52,867 bases of DNA from Thermoleophilia bacterium (GTDB lineage: Bacteria > Actinomycetota > Thermoleophilia > Miltoncostaeales > Miltoncostaeaceae), in contig JBAXJA010000001.1 of the NCBI GenBank assembly GCA_037138115.1, positions 1-52,867 on the forward strand, written 5' to 3'. A program made the position numbers and the translations under genes. Below are positions 21,240 through 36,933 of the stretch, one piece after another. The notes under the pieces are model-generated. The model worked only from the letters and a program-made list of their open reading frames with translations, had not been told where the DNA came from and did not search any database. The first letter of the stretch is position 1, and every line of letters begins with the position of its first letter.

Positions 21240-21265
21240 CGAAGGGCCCCGAGTGGGGCCCTTCG
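21240..21265. terminator. Bidirectional stem-loop between the convergent oxidase gene and fusA
   Basis: The perfect 11-bp stem is cgaagggcccc / ggggcccttcg with a 4-nt loop (gagt). Flanking cgacgaa...ttcgtcg could extend the stem. It sits in the 68-nt gap between the two stop codons. Confidence 0.65.
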
Positions 21266-21302
21266 CGAATCATTCGTCGGCGTCACCCGCCGGCGGGCAC
21301 AC

Positions 21303-23396
21303 CTACGCGGTTGCGCCGACCTTGGCCTTGATCTCCTCCGAGATGGACTTGGGGACCTCGGCGTAGTGGTCAAACTGCATGCTGAACGTGGCGCGCCCCT
21401 GTGTGGCCGAGCGCACCGACGTGGCGTACCCGAACATCTCGGAGAGCGGCACGTGCGCCTGAATCGTTCCGGCGGTGCCCTTCTCCTCCATGCCATTGAT
21501 GCGGCCGCGACGACCGTTGAGGTCGCCCACCACAGTGCCCATGAACTCGGTGGGGGTCACGACCTCCACCGCCATGAGCGGCTCGAGCAGGCACGGGCTG
21601 GCGCGTCTGGCGGCCTCACGCACGGCCATCGAGCCGGCAATCTTGAAGGCACCCTCGTTCGAGTCCACGTCGTGGTACGAGCCATCAATCAACTGCACCC
21701 TGACGTCGACCATCGGGAAGCCGGCGACAATGCCGCCCTCCAGCGCCTCCTTGATGCCCTCGTCCACGGCCGGGACGAATTCCTTGGGAATGGAGCCACC
21801 CACGGTCTTGTTCTCAAACTCGTAGCCCTTGCCGGGCTCGTTCGGCTCAACCGAGATGTACACGTGGCCGTACTGGCCGCGACCACCCGACTGGCGGACG
21901 AAGCGACCCTCGATCTTCTCGACCCGCTTGCGGATGGTCTCGCGGTACGCCACCTGGGGGGCGCCCACGTTGGCATCCACGCTGAACTCGCGCATCAGGC
22001 GATCCACGATGATCTCAAGGTGCAACTCGCCCATTCCGGCGATGACCGTCTGACCGGTCTCCTCGTCGGTACGCACGCGGAAGGTCGGGTCCTCGTCCTG
22101 GAGGCGCTGCAGTGCGGTTGAGAGCCTCTCCTGGTCGGCCTTCGTCTTGGGCTCGATGGCCAGACGGATGACCGGCTCGGGAAACGTCATCTCCTCAAGC
22201 ACGACGGGGTGCGCCGGGTCGCAGAGCGTGTCACCGGTTGTGGTGGTCTTCAGGCCCACGGCAGCGACGATGTCGCCGGCCGTTGCCATCTCGGCCTCCT
22301 CGCGGTGGTTCGCGTGCATCATCAGCAGACGGCCGATGCGCTCTTTGCGCTCGCCCTTGGTGGCATTGATGATGCCGTCACCTGCGTTGATGCTGCCGGA
22401 GTACACGCGCAGGAAGGTGAGGCGACCCACGTACGGGTCGCTCATGACCTTGAACGCCAGTGCGGCGAATGGGGCGTCGGGGTCGGACGGGCGCAGAACC
22501 GCGTTGCCGTAGTCGTCAACGCCCTCGGCGGGGGGCACATCCACCGGCGACGGCATGAAGTCCACAACCGCGTCGAGCAGCGGCTGCACACCCTTGTTCT
22601 TGAATGACGAGCCGCAGAGCACCGGAGTGATCGAGATGGCCAGCACGGCGGTACGGATGGCCTTCTTCACGCGCTCGGCCGGGATCTCCCCGCCCTCGAG
22701 GTACAGCTCGGCGAGCTCATCGTCGCTGTCGGCCAGAGCCTCAATGAGCTCCACGCGGGCCAGCTCGGCCTCTTCGAGCATGTCGGCCGGAATCGGGCCG
22801 ACCTCAACCTCGGTGCCCAGATCGTCCTTGTACGTCGTGGCGGTCATATCAACCAGGTCGACAATGCCGGCGAAGTCGCCCTCGGCACCGATCGGCAACT
22901 GGATCGGCACCGCGCGGGCGCCGAGACGATCAATCATTGTCTGCACGGCGGCGGCGAAGTCGGCACCAATCCGGTCCATCTTGTTGACGTAGGCGATGCG
23001 CGGCACGTGATAGCGATCGGCCTGACGCCACACAGTCTCCGACTGCGGCTCCACACCGGCCACCGAGTCGAACACGGCGACGGCGCCGTCGAGGACGCGC
23101 AGGGAGCGCTCCACCTCAACAGTGAAGTCCACGTGGCCGGGCGTGTCGATGATGTTGATGCGGTGGTCGCGCCAGAAGCAGGTGGTCGCAGCCGACGTGA
23201 TCGTGATGCCACGCTCCTGCTCCTGCTCCATCCAGTCCATCGTGGCTGCGCCCTCGTGCACCTCACCAATCCGGTGCGTACGCCCGGTGTAATAAAGGAT
23301 GCGCTCGGTCGTGGTCGTCTTCCCGGCATCGATGTGCGCCATGATCCCGATATTCCGGGTGCGCTCGAGCGGGACGTTCTTCACCTCAGTCGACAC
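21303..23396 (-). CDS. fusA: Elongation factor G
   Basis: 697 aa. [33 protein letters not shown] and NKMDR motifs are present. Confidence 0.98.
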   Translation of the reverse strand: MSTEVKNVPLERTRNIGIMAHIDAGKTTTTERILYYTGRTHRIGEVHEGAATMDWMEQEQERGITITSAATTCFWRDHRINIIDTPGHVDFTVEVERSLRVLDGAVAVFDSVAGVEPQSETVWRQADRYHVPRIAYVNKMDRIGADFAAAVQTMIDRLGARAVPIQLPIGAEGDFAGIVDLVDMTATTYKDDLGTEVEVGPIPADMLEEAELARVELIEALADSDDELAELYLEGGEIPAERVKKAIRTAVLAISITPVLCGSSFKNKGVQPLLDAVVDFMPSPVDVPPAEGVDDYGNAVLRPSDPDAPFAALAFKVMSDPYVGRLTFLRVYSGSINAGDGIINATKGERKERIGRLLMMHANHREEAEMATAGDIVAAVGLKTTTTGDTLCDPAHPVVLEEMTFPEPVIRLAIEPKTKADQERLSTALQRLQDEDPTFRVRTDEETGQTVIAGMGELHLEIIVDRLMREFSVDANVGAPQVAYRETIRKRVEKIEGRFVRQSGGRGQYGHVYISVEPNEPGKGYEFENKTVGGSIPKEFVPAVDEGIKEALEGGIVAGFPMVDVRVQLIDGSYHDVDSNEGAFKIAGSMAVREAARRASPCLLEPLMAVEVVTPTEFMGTVVGDLNGRRGRINGMEEKGTAGTIQAHVPLSEMFGYATSVRSATQGRATFSMQFDHYAEVPKSISEEIKAKVGATA

Positions 23397-23499
23397 TTCA
23401 GATCACCTGTCTGTCCGTGTGAGGTCGCGGGCGAGGTGATCGCCCGCGACCGTCGGGAATGCGAGTGGAAGTCAATGCCCGGATGGGCCGACCCCGGTC

Positions 23500-23970
23500 C
23501 TACCAGCGGTAGTGCGCGAAGGCCTTGTTGGCCTGGGCCATGCGGTACAGGTCGTCCTTGCGCTTGAACGCGCCGCCCTGCGAGCCGAGTGCGTCGAGCA
23601 GCTCGTTGGCCAGACGCTCGCTCATCTCCTTCTCGCGACGCTCACGCGAGAAGCGGACAATCCAGCGGATGGCCAGTGCGCGGCCGCGACGGGCCGGGAC
23701 CTCAATCGGCACCTGATACGTGGCGCCACCCACGCGGCGGCTCTTGACCTCGAGCACCGGCGTGACATTGCGGATGGCCTCTTCCATGACCTGCACCGGG
23801 TCGCGACCCGTGCGGTCACGGATGCGCTCAAGAGCGTCGTACACGGTGCGCTCGGAGACGGACTTCTTACCGTCGCGGAGGACCTTGTTGATGATCTGCG
23901 TCACGATCACATTGTCGTAGACGGGGTCCGCGATGAGCGGACGGCGGGAAACTGCTGCGCGTCGAGGCAT
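23500..23970 (-). CDS. rpsG: 30S ribosomal protein S7
   Basis: The start is ATG 23970, giving [20 protein letters not shown]...KAFAHYRW and 156 aa. The longer track ORF overlaps rpsL. Confidence 0.96.
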   Translation of the reverse strand: MPRRAAVSRRPLIADPVYDNVIVTQIINKVLRDGKKSVSERTVYDALERIRDRTGRDPVQVMEEAIRNVTPVLEVKSRRVGGATYQVPIEVPARRGRALAIRWIVRFSRERREKEMSERLANELLDALGSQGGAFKRKDDLYRMAQANKAFAHYRW

Positions 23971-23974
23971 GGTC

Positions 23975-24346
23975 CTACTTCGGAGTCTTGGCGCCGTACT
24001 TCGAGCGCGCTTGCTTGCGGTCAGAGACACCGGCGGTGTCGAGGGCTGCACGGATGACCTTGTACCGAACACCCGGCAGGTCCTTCACGCGGCCACCACG
24101 TACGAGCACAACGGAGTGCTCCTGCAGGTTGTGGCCCTCGCCCGGGATATAGCTCGTGACTTCCATCCCGTTGGTCAGGCGAACACGGGCCACCTTGCGC
24201 AGCGCGGAGTTCGGCTTCTTCGGGGTGGTCGTATAGACCCTGGTGCAGACCCCGCGCTTCTGCGGCGCGCCGCGGAGTGCGGGCGTCGAGGTCTTGGTCG
24301 CCTTGGGCTTGCGGCCCTTGCGGACCATCTGGTTAATCGTAGGCAC
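23975..24346 (-). CDS. rpsL: 30S ribosomal protein S12
   Basis: 123 aa starting at a [15 protein letters not shown]...[19 protein letters not shown] is canonical S12. Confidence 0.97.
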   Translation of the reverse strand: MPTINQMVRKGRKPKATKTSTPALRGAPQKRGVCTRVYTTTPKKPNSALRKVARVRLTNGMEVTSYIPGEGHNLQEHSVVLVRGGRVKDLPGVRYKVIRAALDTAGVSDRKQARSKYGAKTPK

Positions 24347-24475
24347 GAGCCTCTTCCGGATGAATGAGCGTGACGTATTCAGTCGCCCAGCCGGATGCCG
24401 TGCATGTCGTAGATACCGGGATCGATCACCGGGAATCCTTCAACGCACGTTCGGTCGGACGGGTGCGGGACCGTA

Positions 24476-25369
24476 TCACGGCACCGATTGGCGGCCAACA
24501 CCCCTCGGGCGCCCAAGTGCCAGTGCCGCCAGCACCAACGCGGCGAGCGCAAATGCCCCCAGCGTGAGCGATACCGGGGTGAAGATCGGATCCATCGTCG
24601 GGAAGAACGAGAAACCCGCTGCCCCCGTGGCGATCGCCCACCCCGCGACGAGCGCCAGGATGGCCGTCAGAACCAGCGTGATGCGCTCCCCCACATCCAT
24701 CCCACGCTCGGGCAGCCGCGTTCGCCGCCCCTCACCATATCCCCGCGCAGCCATGGCCTCGGCCACGTCGAGCCCACGCTCAAGCGCCGACCCCACCAAC
24801 GGGAGGGCCAGCGGGGCGGCACGACGGGCCCGTGCCATGCGTGGGCCGGTGGTGAGCACGATGCCCCGCAGACGGGCGGTCTCGGAGATGGCGCGCGCAT
24901 CGCGGCGCAGCGTTGGCACCAGGCGCGCGGCAATGGCGGATACCAGCGCGGACCGCGGTGCAACCCGCCCCACACCAGCGAGCATGCGGTCGGGGTCGGC
25001 CCACGCGAAGAGCGCTGCGGCCAGCGCCACGGTTGCCAGCACCCGTGCGGCGGCGGCGGCCCCCGCGCCCAGTTCCTCGGCGGTGATCTCGCCATTGAGC
25101 GGAGGGGGCATGGGGATGGTGAACAGCACCAGGTCACCCTGCCCACTGACCAGCGGTGTGAGGATGAGCACGCCGGCCGCCGACACCAACGCGCCGATCA
25201 GCACGAGGTGACCGGGGTGCCCGGGTGCGGCGAGCAGCAACACCACGGCCCCTGCAGCCAGCGCAGCCAGCACGAGCGGTTGGTCGGAGGTGAAGGCCAG
25301 GACACCCGCCACCAGCACCAGCAGCACGATGGGCATCGGCGCCCGATCACCGCCCATTGGCCCCATCAC
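24476..25369 (-). CDS. ecfT: EcfT/CbiQ-family transmembrane protein (energy-coupling-factor T-component-like)
   Basis: 297 aa, multi-pass and hydrophobic. Two coupling-helix-like motifs end in RG: ARLVPTLRRDARAISETARLRG and LDVAEAMAARGYG. Third-position GC is high. The start (GTG 25369 or ATG 25366) overlaps the stop of the upstream ORF. No EcfA ATPase or S-component is nearby. Confidence 0.7.
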   Translation of the reverse strand: MMGPMGGDRAPMPIVLLVLVAGVLAFTSDQPLVLAALAAGAVVLLLAAPGHPGHLVLIGALVSAAGVLILTPLVSGQGDLVLFTIPMPPPLNGEITAEELGAGAAAAARVLATVALAAALFAWADPDRMLAGVGRVAPRSALVSAIAARLVPTLRRDARAISETARLRGIVLTTGPRMARARRAAPLALPLVGSALERGLDVAEAMAARGYGEGRRTRLPERGMDVGERITLVLTAILALVAGWAIATGAAGFSFFPTMDPIFTPVSLTLGAFALAALVLAALALGRPRGVGRQSVP

Positions 25370-26229
25370 TGCACCGGTTCTGTCGAGGCCAGTGTCAGGT
25401 CAGCGGTCATCTTCAGCGAGGCCGCCCCACCGATCTCCATCGCGATCGTCCAGCGCGCTGGGAGTGCGAGCGACGGTGCGATCCATTGGGTATCGGTGCG
25501 GTGCCCCGGGAACATGCCAGTGATGTCTGCCGTGGTGCGGATGACGAGCACCGGCACATCACGCCCACCGACACGGACGACATCGCGCCTCAGCACGCGT
25601 ACGCGGGCATCAACAGTGATCTGGCGAAGGCGATAATGCTGCTGCCAGGCGTCGCCCACCGACATCCCGCGTGGAAACACCAACGCCGGCGGGTTCAGCG
25701 TGCTGTCGTCCTCGCGCCCAAGGCCAGCGACCGTGACAGTGGTGCGGCGCGCCACTTCGTGCGTCCCGTCGGGGCCTACCTCGAACCGCACACCCTCCAC
25801 GTGCTCCTCGCTCAGCGCGAGGGTTCGCCAGTAACCATGTCCGGATGGCCGCACCACGAGCCGCGCATCGGCCGGAAGGTCTCGGGTCACATGGATCGGC
25901 CCGAGCCCAACGGTCTCCGATCCCTTCACCTGGTAGGTCCACGCTCCCGCTCGGGGACCCGTGGTCGTGGTGCTTCCGGGCGCGCCGTAATCACGCAGCG
26001 CGGCCGCTGCCGAGACCCCGGTGCTCGACCCGGCGCTGACCCAGAACCAGATGCCCGCACCGATGACGACAAGCAGCAGCACGAGGGGAATGACGATGAG
26101 CGGACGGGTGAGAAATCGGGGCACCGGCCAATGGTACGGCAGGCATGGGCGATGAGCAGGAATACCGGCACGCACGACGACGCACGGGGGCGGAAACGGG
26201 GATTTCGCGCGAGCGTGTGTCGTGGCCAT
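25366..26229 (-). CDS. Hypothetical single-pass membrane-anchored protein
   Basis: An N-terminal TM helix (RPLIVIPLVLLLVVIGAGIWFWV) is followed by an apparently beta-rich domain of about 220 aa that I cannot assign to a family. The start is uncertain: ATG 26229 (287 aa) or GTG 26124 (253 aa). The 358-aa track ORF runs into the divergent gene. Confidence 0.6.
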   Translation of the reverse strand: MATTHARAKSPFPPPCVVVRAGIPAHRPCLPYHWPVPRFLTRPLIVIPLVLLLVVIGAGIWFWVSAGSSTGVSAAAALRDYGAPGSTTTTGPRAGAWTYQVKGSETVGLGPIHVTRDLPADARLVVRPSGHGYWRTLALSEEHVEGVRFEVGPDGTHEVARRTTVTVAGLGREDDSTLNPPALVFPRGMSVGDAWQQHYRLRQITVDARVRVLRRDVVRVGGRDVPVLVIRTTADITGMFPGHRTDTQWIAPSLALPARWTIAMEIGGAASLKMTADLTLASTEPVQ

Positions 26230-26243
26230 ATCGTGGTCGCCCG

Positions 26244-27011
26244 ATGCCGAAACCTGTGCGCCCCACCTCGTGCTCCTGCACGTCCTGCCGATCCCGCCGC
26301 GAGGGTGCGCGTGCGCATCGCGGACGCGCTGCGTGGCTCGGCCTTCTGGGCCTGCTGGTGGTTGCAGTACCGCTGGCCGCCGCACTGCCGGACAGCGGGC
26401 CGTCGGGTGGCCCCGCGAGTCCGGTTGATGTGCAGGTGGCACCGGCTCCCCTGCTTGTGCCGCCCACGGTGTTCATTACCGGCGAGCGCTCGGGCGAGGT
26501 GATCGACTGGCATGAGAGCGACCCGGGTGGATCGCCCAACGGCGGGAGCTTGTCCAATGGCATCCGCCTGCCCGTCTCAGGTACCGGCTACTACACATAC
26601 GACCCGCGCACCCAGCGTGAGCCAGGTGGACTGGAAACCCGCTGGGGAACCGCGCATCTGGTTCGCGAGATCATGGCGCTCGGCGAGTGGTGGGCGCACG
26701 CGCATCCGAATGCCACGGCTATCGGCGTCGGCGACCTCTCCCGCCGGAGCGGCGGAACCATCGACGGGCACTCATCGCACCAGAACGGGCTGGACGTGGA
26801 TATCCGGCTGCCACGACGCGATGGTGCCCGCGGGTCGGCCAACCCCGGAAGCTACGACCGGTCGCTGGCCCAGGGCATCGTTGATCACATGGTGGGGCGT
26901 GGGGCATCGCTGGTGCTGATCGGCCCATCACTCGACCTCACGGGTCCTTCGGGCGTCGTGGTGCGTTGGCCCAACCACGATGACCACCTGCACATCCGCT
27001 TCCCGGCCTGA
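26244..27011 (+). CDS. LAS-superfamily zinc metallopeptidase, penicillin-insensitive murein endopeptidase (MepA/M74)-like
   Basis: HSSHQNGLDVDI and NHDDHLHIRF match the H-x-x-H-Q-x-G-L-D-V-D and H-x-H zinc and catalytic motifs as I remember them for MepA-type peptidases. A hydrophobic leader (AAWLGLLGLLVVAVPLAAALP) is present. The start could be ATG 26244 or the track start at 26145. Confidence 0.7.
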   Translation: MPKPVRPTSCSCTSCRSRREGARAHRGRAAWLGLLGLLVVAVPLAAALPDSGPSGGPASPVDVQVAPAPLLVPPTVFITGERSGEVIDWHESDPGGSPNGGSLSNGIRLPVSGTGYYTYDPRTQREPGGLETRWGTAHLVREIMALGEWWAHAHPNATAIGVGDLSRRSGGTIDGHSSHQNGLDVDIRLPRRDGARGSANPGSYDRSLAQGIVDHMVGRGASLVLIGPSLDLTGPSGVVVRWPNHDDHLHIRFPA

Positions 27012-27026
27012 CCCACAGGGCTAGGG

Positions 27027-27833
27027 TTGGTACCCATGCTTCAGGCCCCCATCACCGCCAGCCTCTGGGCGGAGACCTTTCCGGTCGTGGATGCGTTCGA
27101 CGAACGCATCCGTCAGACCGGGGTTGGCAGCGCGCAGATCACACTGCTGGCATTCCTCGTGACGTTTCTCGCCGTGCGCACGATCACCCACCTCATCAAG
27201 GCGGGCAAGGGGCCATTCGGCAACGTGTCCATGGGTGGCACCCACATTCATCACCTGGTGCCCGGAATCTTTCTGCTGCTCATCAGCGGTGCGCTGGGAA
27301 TCTCATGGAACCCCGACCTGCCCACGTCGCTCGCCTGGATCATCCCCACCCTCTTCGGGATCGGGGCTGCGCTCACACTCGATGAGTTTGCGCTGTGGCT
27401 CACCCTCCGTGACGTCTACTGGGAGCGTGAGGGGCGCAGGTCGGTGGATGCCATCGTCGTCGCCGGGTCGCTTCTGGCCCTCATCGCACTCGGGATGCCG
27501 TTCTGGGCCGACGTCATCTCCAATGCCAATAGCGCCGGGTCGTGGACCATCCTCGGATTCCACGCGCTGTCGCTCATCTTTGCGGTTGCCTGCTTCCTCA
27601 AGGGCAAGTGGATCTTCGCAGCGCTCGGCATTCTGATCATGCCGGTCGCCATCATCGGGACGATCAGGCTTGCGCGGCCCACCTCGCGTTGGGCACAGCG
27701 CTTTTACGGGGTGCGGAAGATGACCGCAGCCCTTGCGCGGTACCCCGAGGATCGGCATGCCCCGATCTGGCCCTGGCAGCGGCCGCACGCTCCCGACGGG
27801 AATGACCCCGTCGGGAGCGGTACAACCGACTGA
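27027..27833 (+). CDS. Hypothetical integral membrane protein
   Basis: 268 aa with about 6 hydrophobic segments and a GGTHIHHLVPGIFLL motif. The start could be TTG 27027 or ATG 27036. The gene lies 16 nt after the peptidase gene. Confidence 0.7.
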   Translation: MVPMLQAPITASLWAETFPVVDAFDERIRQTGVGSAQITLLAFLVTFLAVRTITHLIKAGKGPFGNVSMGGTHIHHLVPGIFLLLISGALGISWNPDLPTSLAWIIPTLFGIGAALTLDEFALWLTLRDVYWEREGRRSVDAIVVAGSLLALIALGMPFWADVISNANSAGSWTILGFHALSLIFAVACFLKGKWIFAALGILIMPVAIIGTIRLARPTSRWAQRFYGVRKMTAALARYPEDRHAPIWPWQRPHAPDGNDPVGSGTTD

Positions 27834-27837
27834 CCGA

Positions 27838-32411
<4,574 letters not shown>

Positions 32412-32415
<4 letters not shown>

Positions 32416-35400
32416 GAGGCTGCCTCCGCGTCGTCGCTACCGGAAGTGGCGGCGACCTTCTCGCCCTCGCCCTCGGTGGTGACTGCCTTCGCAGCCTCCG
32501 CCTCGGCCTCGAGCTCCTCTTCCTCTGAAATTGGTGCGCCACTCAGGTCGATGCCGAGTTCCTCGGCGGCCCGGAGCAGGTCATCGTCCTCGCGGGCTGC
32601 TGCCTCAATGCCGGTCTCGCCCTCAATGCGGACGTCCAGCCCCAGGCTCTGCATCTCCTTGAGGAGCACCTTGAAGCTCTCCGGGATGGAGGGCTCCTGA
32701 ATGTTCTCGCCCTTCACGATCGCCTCGTAGGCCTTCACGCGGCCCACGGTGTCGTCGCTCTTGATGGTGAGCATCTCCTGAAGCGTGTAGGCGGCGCCGT
32801 AGGCCTCGAGTGCCCAGACCTCCATCTCGCCAAACCGCTGGCCGCCGAACTGGGCCTTACCGCCCAGAGGCTGCTGCGTGACCAGCGAGTACGGGCCGGT
32901 GGATCGCGCGTGGATCTTGTCGTCCACCAGGTGGAGAAGCTTGAGCATGTACATGTAGCCCACCGTGATGCGACCGTCGTACGGGTCGCCGGTGCGGCCG
33001 TTGTACAGGCGAAGCTTGCCGGATACCCGGCGGCCCTCGTTCTCCGCGCCCTTCACGTTCATGTCGATCGGCTCATCGGCGTGTGCAGCGGCCCACTCGG
33101 TGAGCACGCGGTCCACGTCGTCCGGGGTCGCGCCGTTGAACACCGGCGTGGCCACGAAGGTGCGCTGGGTCTTGCCGTCCTCACCCTTGATCCAACCGCG
33201 GCTGGCAGCCCACCCCAGGTGGGTCTCCAGGATCTGGCCGATGTTCATGCGGCTCGGCACGCCGAGCGGATTGAGGATCATGTCGATGGGCGTGCCGTCC
33301 TCGAGGAACGGCATGTCCTCCTCCGGCACGATCTTCGAGATGACGCCCTTGTTCCCGTGGCGACCGGCCATCTTGTCGCCCTCGGAGATCTTGCGGCGCT
33401 TGGCCACATAGACGCGCACCAGCTCGTTGACGCCGGCAGACAGGTCATCCCCGCCCTCACGGCTGAACGTCTTCACGTCGATGACCTTGCCGCTCGAACC
33501 GTGCGGCACCTTCAGGGATGTATCGCGCACCTCGCCGGCCTTCTCCTTGAAGATGGCGCGGATGAGCTTCTCCTCGGCGGTCAGCTCGGTCTCGCCCTTC
33601 GGCGTGACCTTGCCCACCAGGAGGTCGCCCGACTTGACCTCGGCGCCAATGCGCACGACCCCGCGCTCGTCGAGGTCGGCAAGCGACTCCTCGGAGCGGT
33701 TCGGGATGTCACGCGTGATCTCCTCGGCGCCCAGCTTGGTCGTGCGGGCGTCGATCTCGTACTCCTCGATGTGAATGGAGGACAGAACGTCCTCCTTCAC
33801 AAGGCGCTGCGAGATGATGATGGCGTCCTCGAAGTTGTAGCCCTCCCAGGACATGAAGGCGACGAGCATGTTCTTGCCGAGTGCGAGCTCGCCCATGTCG
33901 GTCGAGGAGCCATCGGCCAATACGCCGCCGGCCTCCACCTTGTCGCCCACCTTCACGATGGGCTTCTGGTGGATGAGCGTTCCCTGGTTGCTGCGCACGA
34001 ACTTCTCGAGCTCGTACTGGTCGTGCTCGCCACCCCGGACCTCAACGATGATGCGGGTGGCGTCCACAGCGGCGACGGTGCCGGCGCGGCGCACCACGAC
34101 GACATCACCGGTGTCCACGGCGGCACGGTGCTCCATGCCGGTTCCCACGAGCGGGGCCTCGCTCACCATGAGCGGGACGGCCTGACGCTGCATGTTGGCG
34201 CCCATGAGCGCACGGTTTGCATCGTTGTGCTCGAGGAATGGGATGAGAGCGGTTGCGACCGACACGATCTGGTCGGGCGAGACGTCCATGTACTCGACGT
34301 CCTTCGGCGGCACGGTGATGGGCTGGCCATTGCGACGGCACAGGACCTCATCCTCAAGCAGCCTGCCGGCCTTGTCGATCTCGGCGCTCGCCTGCGCGAT
34401 GACGCGGTTCTCCTCCTGGGTGGCGTCGATCCAGACGACCTCCCACTCGGTCTCGTCACTCTTCTGCAGCTTGCCGTTCTTCACAATCCGGTACGGCGTC
34501 TGGATGAACCCGAACTCATTGACGGTGGCGTGCGACGAGAGCGAGCCGATCAGGCCGATGTTCGGGCCTTCAGGGGTCTCGATCGGGCACATGCGCCCGT
34601 AATGGGTCGGGTGGACGTCGCGCACCTCGATCGGGGCGCGCTCACGGGTGAGTCCGCCCGCGCCGAGCGCCGACAGGCGTCGGCGGTGGGTGAGCCCGGC
34701 CAGTGAGTTGGTCTGATCCATGAACTGCGACAACTGCGACGAGCCGAAGAACTCCTTCAGCGCCGCGACGACCGGACGGATGTTGATGATCGTCTGCGGG
34801 GTGATGGTGTCGGGGTCCTCGGTGCTCATGCGCTCGCGGACCACGCGCTCCATCCGGTAGAGACCGATGCGGAAGGCCTCCTGGATGAGCTCGCCGACCG
34901 TGCGCAGGCGCCGGTTACCGAAGTGCTCGTACTCGTCGAGCTCGTGCACCATCTCGTCGCGCGGCAGCAGGTTGCCGTCGGCGGCGAAGTCGGCGCTCTC
35001 CTCGTCGATGCCATAGCGGATCGGCAGATCCACGAGGCGGCGGATGAGCTCCACGAGGTCATCGGTCATACCCGTGCGCCAGCCGGTGAAGCGCGGGTTC
35101 GCGAGCGTGCGCACACCCGTGGATGCGTTTGGGCGCAGGCGGGCATCCAGCTTGTAGCGGCCGACCTTCGTGAGGTCGTAGCGCTTGGAGTCGAAGAACA
35201 GTCCACGCGTGAGGTTGAGGGAGTTGACCTCCGTCGGCGGCTCACCCGGGCGCTGCTTCTTGAACACCTCGATGAGGGCGTTCTGCATGAGCTCACCGGC
35301 GCGAAGGTCGATGCGCTTCTCAATACGCTCGATCTCGCCCTCGATGCCAAGACGCACGTCGCCGGGCACCGTGTCGATGTCCTTGGCGTGCCCCTGCATC

Positions 35401-36176
35401 TCCTTCACCAGCGCCTCAAGCTCCTGAAGCGACTTGGTGTTGCCACGGGACTCGTCGCCCTCGGTGACGTCCTTCTCGAGGGTGCGCTCGATGAACGGGT
35501 TGATGCGCTTCTTGTCCGTCGGATGAGGGAACAGGTTGCGCACGTCGTCGCGCGTATAGCCCAGCGCAAACAGCAGCGTGGTGACCGGCAGCTTGCGCTT
35601 GCGGTCGATACGGACGTTGACGAGACCCTTCTTGTCCACCTCGAGCTCCACCCACGAGCCGCGGGCAGGCATGAGGTTCGCGATGAAGACCTGCTTCTCG
35701 CGATCCTTGGGCTCCATGAGATAGGCGCCGGGCGACCGCACCAGCTGCGTCACGATGACGCGCTCGGTGCCGTTGATGATGAACGTGCCCCAGTCGGTCA
35801 TGAGCGGAAGATCGCCCATGAACACCTTCTGCCGGCGGATCTCGCCGGTCTCCTTGTTGACGAATGAAACCTCCATCGTCAACGGGGCCGCGTAGGTCAT
35901 GTCCTTCTCGCGGCACTCCTTGATGGGGTTATTCGGGAAGATCTCCGAGAAGGGCATCCCGGGCTCCCAGCCCCCGATCGTGTATGGACCGAACTCCACC
36001 ATGAGTGTTCCGGTGAAGTCCTGGATCGGCGAGATGTCATTGACGGTATCTCGCAGCCCCTCGTTGAGGAACTGCTCGAAACTGGCTCGCTGAATCGCGA
36101 TGAGATTGGGAACCGGCAGGAACTTCTCCATCTGGGAGAAGCTGTGCCGAACCCGAGCGGCGGTGGGCGTGCTCAA
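32412..36176 (-). CDS. rpoB: DNA-directed RNA polymerase subunit beta
   Basis: 1254 aa. It has the [29 protein letters not shown]-terminus plus the [12 protein letters not shown] and [16 protein letters not shown] motifs. The TTG start has AGGAGG 9 nt upstream. Confidence 0.98.
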
Positions 36177-36429
36177 GTCGCGAGGCCTCCTGACATGAGC
36201 TCGGTGATGAACGGAAATGCGTCGCCACGCGCCATAGGCACGAACACACAGTGTGAGTGGGCGGCTAGCGGTGCGGGCACGTTGACGCGGCCACCAATTG
36301 GCGCCGCACCGGACGAAAGGCGCAAAGGGGCGACAACGGCGGAACGGGCATCATACACACTCCACGGGATTTCGCGTGAATACCCGCCCCACGCGCACCG
36401 CCCCCGCCCTACGCGGCATACTCAGGGGC

Positions 36430-36933
36430 GTGTCCACGGACCCCCACGATACGACGGGGACCTCACCGGTTGCAGCCATCACGGAGCGCCTGGTGCCGCT
36501 TCTCGATGCCACCCACCAGGTGTGGGGCTCACCGCAGGAGCGGCGTCGCCTGCGCGCGTTCGGGTTCCGTCCAGCCCTCGAGAACAATGTGCTGAAGCGG
36601 GAATGGCACGGCGTTCAGGTACGGGTTGGTCCCGATGCGCTTCGCGTGGTGGGGTCCGATCATGGGGAGTTGGCGTGGCGCCCCGACGTCGGACTCACCC
36701 TCGACGGCGGCCCGTTCGAGGCCACACCACAGGGAATCGCACTCGCCGATGCCGTCAATGGTCTCATCCAGTCGTATGAGCGCTGGATAGAAGCGCGCGA
36801 AGGTCGCGAGGAGCGCCTGCGCCGTGGCCACTGGAGCGCAGCCGACAGGCGCCAGGTGAATGCCCTCGCTGAGACCAGACGCCTGCAGCGCCTCCTCGCA
36901 GGGGGAAACACCGGGAGGACCCGCCGGGGCTGA
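36430..36933 (+). CDS. Possible hypothetical protein (coding status ambiguous)
   Basis: A 167-aa ORF starts at GTG 36430, inside a 211-aa open frame. The amino-acid composition looks protein-like. By my hand count, GC at codon positions 1 and 3 is about equal (~76% each). The mirror minus-strand ORF at 36529-36936 is therefore equally supported. Confidence 0.35.
   Translation: MSTDPHDTTGTSPVAAITERLVPLLDATHQVWGSPQERRRLRAFGFRPALENNVLKREWHGVQVRVGPDALRVVGSDHGELAWRPDVGLTLDGGPFEATPQGIALADAVNGLIQSYERWIEAREGREERLRRGHWSAADRRQVNALAETRRLQRLLAGGNTGRTRRG

Noticed and set aside
24243-25211. A 322-aa plus-strand ORF, plus other long frames over 24.4-26.5 kb.
   Set aside because: They are antisense or out of frame to the EcfT-like gene and the membrane-anchored ORF. 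Those two have high third-position GC and sensible hydrophobic helices. The alternatives are Arg/Pro/Ser-rich.
32910-34706. A 598-aa plus-strand ORF.
   Set aside because: It is antisense to rpoB, whose identity is unambiguous. It is a shadow ORF.
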